A DNA stretch of 64,000 bases from Dicyema japonicum (lineage: Eukaryota > Animalia > Dicyemida): assembly GCA_011109175.1 (NCBI GenBank), contig RDEW01000036.1, positions 251,583 through 315,582 of the forward strand, read 5' to 3'. The notes below the pieces were generated by a model that saw only the letters and a program-made list of their open reading frames with translations, was not told where the DNA came from and did not search any database. Made by a program: the position numbers and the translations under genes. This document shows positions 60,689-64,000 of the stretch, piece by piece (positions within the stretch are counted from its first letter, which is position 1; each line of letters starts with the position of its first letter).

Positions 60689-63600
60689 TATAATTATTAT
60701 TAAAGCACTTTCACGAAAGCCATAATGATTATTATTAAAGCACTTTCACGAAAGCCATAATGATTATATATGCCCCGCATGTGCAACACTCAAAGAAACA
60801 ATATTTATAGTTAGTCTTTTCCATCTTCCTCTGTCGAATGCGAGTGATCTCAATTCGTCCAGGTCGTCTCCCGTCTTTAGATTTTTTCTCACACGATTTA
60901 AGTCTTTGTTTAGGGCTGTCGGAAGTGTCGATCTAGGTCGTCCGCGGAAGGGTTTTTCGCATCTGTCAAAGTAATCTTCCATCGCTTTGTTAGCGGGTGC
61001 GTCCGGGTTCATTCTTAGTACATGCCCAAATAGCCTCCACCGGGCATCTATCACATCCTTGCTGATGTATTACAACATACAGTTGTAGATACCAGTGGTT
61101 GATATTCTACGTGGCCACTCCATTCCGAGTAAGCTTCTTAGTTGCCTTCTATGGAACGAATCCAGTTTTGATAGTTCTTGAAGGAACTTCCCCATGTCCC
61201 AGCGTTATACAGTAGGATCGGTTTCACAAACGCGTTGTAAAGCCTGCATCTGATGTCAACTCCAAGTCCTTAGGTCCTTAGCCATCCTTTCTTCAGTTTA
61301 GCCATTGCTGCATTTGCCAGTGTTTTCCTCCTTAGTACATCTTCAGCGTCTCCTAGTAGAGAGCCGAGCTTATTAGTACGTCTCCATCTTTCATGAGTAA
61401 TATCGTCTTCCCTTTTGATTTCCGTAATTTCAGTTTTGTTAACATTTACGCTGAGAAACCATTTTCAAGCTCCGCAGGTGCATTTTCTAGCAGGTGTTGG
61501 AGTGCAGTCACATCCCGTGATACAAAATCCACATCATCCGCATAAGATGTCTCTTCTATGTCTCCTATATAGCATTTACGGAGGTCGCGGAGTGCAGATT
61601 CAAGGTATATGGTGAATAGTAAAGGGGAGAGGGAATCACCCTGGGGTGTCCCAATCGTTGTTTTGAAACTGCGGGAAGTTGCTCCTTCTGTCCTCACAGA
61701 TAGTCTTGTGTTCGCAAGTAGTGATCTGATTATCCTAACCGACGCATCAATATAATTCAGTTTCTGTCTGTTTATTGAGTCGAAAGCTCTGGAGAGATCT
61801 ATTCCCAACACGGTTGTTGCGCTCTTGAATCTTTGGTGCGTTGCGCAGCGCCATCTGTGGCTCCATACAATGTCTGCCGTAGACCTCCCTTCTCGGAACC
61901 CACTTTGACTTGCTGGTAGGTATAGATCCGCCACACCCTTTATCCGGCTTAGTGCAATGTTTGCCAGCACCTTGCGTATCGAATTCAGAAGTATTATCGG
62001 GCGGAGATTTTCTACTGGTCCTTTTGATTTGTTCGGTTTTTGTATGGGTATTAATAATCCATTTCCAAGTCCTAGATCGGTATTAGTTTCAAAGACGTCA
62101 TTTAGGGTTTTTGCAATTGTGTCGCTAAGTTTTTTTGGCCCATATTTTAGGAGCTCAGGGCTTATGTTGTCCGGCCCAGCACTCTTGTTGTTCTTCAGTT
62201 TATTTATCGCTAATTCCACCTCTTCCACTGTGATTGGGATTTTTAGCCCCTTTGCTTCTCCTTGGAAAGGGGGAATGTCATTATTTTCTTTATTCAACAG
62301 TGTTTCGAAGTGTCGTGCAATCAATTCTGCTTTTTCTTTCGGGTTACCCACGAATTTTCCATCTTTGTCTTTGATATGAAGGATGTTTTGTCCTTTCTTT
62401 GTCCGCAGCAGCCGCATACATCCTTGAATTGTCTTTTAGGCATTCCACATCTTTTAATAGGAATGTAATAATTTCCCGTGAGTGTTTTCTGTTCATCTTT
62501 TTGATTTTCCACTTTAGTTCCCTTTGTTGGATATTAAGCTCTTTTTTTTACTCTCGTCTGACGTGTTTGCCGCTTTTAGTCGTAGCTCTCTGCAATGCTT
62601 TGCCATATTTGGCACGTTCGGGTGGTGATCCAATTTTGATGATTTCGGACTCCAAGGCATATTTTGGCCGACTTGGAGATTGCCTGTTTTGTTTGATCCC
62701 ACAGAGTTCGTACTGATGATTCCGGTGCGGTTTTCACCATAAGAGTCTCGATTTGTTCGTGATATTTAGCTCTACAAGTTGGCTCTAACCACAATTTTTC
62801 TGTCTGAAAGTATATATTGGGTCTTTGTCTCGCCTTCTTCGTGTTTCCAATTTATTTTTTCCCAGTCAGGTGCTTTTTACACAAAGTTTTGCAATGACGA
62901 TCCTGTGGTCGCTGTCGGTTGTTGTTCCCTGGTAGGAACGTGCATCATTTATCAGGTGTTTATCAGACTTTCGGCAGATAATGTAGTCGATTTGATTATA
63001 TATATATTCACGGTCTCTCCGACAGAGTTTTTTCTTTGTCCGTGCCACGTCGTCTTGTGGCAAGCTGAGTGCGTAAAGGCCGTGTTGCACAGAAGTTTAC
63101 CAGAGAGGCTCCAGATGCATTTCTCCTTCCGCGCCCGTGTCTTCCAATAGAGGATTCTTCGGGCCCCATTCGCATTCCGGCCTTTGCATTCATATCTCCC
63201 GCAACAAAGACAAGAGACGAGGAAGCATTGTTAGAGTATTGCTTGATAGTTATGAGTAGAATTCCTCGAGTTTACCGGGGTTCTTGATTACTCGTCCACA
63301 GAGTGGTGCATAGACATTTATGACGGTTAGTAGACTCTTGGACGGGCATAGTTCATTTAGTTTGACCTGTAGGACACATATTCGGTCGTTGACTCTCCAA
63401 TAGCGATGTAATTTTTTGAGGTAATCCACATGTAGGGCAAATCCCATGCCGTAGTGCTTGCATTCACTTGGGAAGAGAATCAGTCGGTAGTTGTTCCATG
63501 TCTCATCGCGTCCATTTTCGATTTTCGTCTCTTGTAGGCAGCCAATAGATATTTTGTATTTCTCGAGATCGTCACAAAGTACCTTCCTTGTCCAATCTTT

Positions 63601-63763
63601 CGATATTCCACGTACGTTGAACGTTATTAGCCTGAGTTCTCGATTGTATGATGAGTGTTTTTCAGACATTTTTCTTAACCGTTGTACAGAGAAGAAACGA
63701 GGTACGTCACCACCTCACAAAAAAGAGAAGAAACGTTGTACAGAGAAGAAACGAGGCACGTCA
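60689..63763 (-). mobile_element. RTE LINE, apparently full-length (APE-RT), frameshifted
   Basis: ITFNVRG..LQETK, NQIDYII, DSDHRIV, 323-aa RT ORF; probable 15-bp TSD ccacgcgtta(a/c)acta (60674-60688 and 63764-63778). Confidence 0.92.
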
Positions 63764-63854
63764 CCACGCGTTACACTAGTGGACTTAAAAAAATCTAAAA
63801 AAATTTTTTTGATTTAATTTATCAAATTAAACACAAATTTATTCTTTTATTTAA

Positions 63855-63965
63855 AACTGCCATCCGTCCAAAGTGGACCCCGCCGACATTATCGACGTTG
63901 CGTTGCCTCTCACGATTGCAACAGAGATCAATTGGAGTAGCCACCGGGTCTCACGTGCGTCGTGG
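63855..63965 (-). mobile_element. CRE-like 3' fragment
   Basis: ARETRWLLQLISVAIVRGNATSIMSAGSTLDGWQF*. Confidence 0.8.
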
Positions 63966-64000
63966 CTTTTTAGTGTAGCTAAGCGTTTAAGTTTCTTTAA

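Noticed and set aside
52395-63965. Thrice-repeated ~110-nt foldable sequence (52395, 55005, 63855) as a ribozyme or novel ncRNA
   Set aside because: It translates to RETRWLLQLISVAIVRGN, the CRE endonuclease C-terminus. No HDV, hammerhead or twister core was found.

Overview
AT-rich eukaryotic genomic DNA; no prokaryotic operons, rRNA or CRISPR. Most of the window is a nested transposon graveyard: non-LTR retrotransposons (Vingi/Ingi-like APE-RT with viral-type 2A motifs, RTE, BovB-like RTE, CRE-like and R4/Dong-like REL elements), DNA transposons (hAT, pogo/Tigger, Merlin/ISXO2, Ginger-like integrase) and a tRNA-headed SINE with an RTE-derived tail. A few compact host genes sit among them: synaptojanin, mitochondrial AsnRS (NARS2), PYM1 and two small acidic orphans. 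Four of these are interrupted by GT-AG micro-introns of 21-31 nt. The genes look opisthokont, probably animal, which suggests a highly reduced parasite (dicyemid- or myxozoan-like; inference only). Main observation: transposase or integrase genes of five unrelated DNA-transposon groups carry host-sized 18-28 nt introns. For the Charlie-type hAT and the pogo, intronless relatives in the same window are continuous across those sites, and I found no such introns in the retroelements. A 59-bp internal segment of a PHD-finger-bearing CRE element is amplified about 57 times. Homopolymer frameshifts in synaptojanin suggest residual long-read errors, so TE 'degeneracy' and repeat heterogeneity are partly uncertain. 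All calls come from motif recognition by eye; no searches were run.
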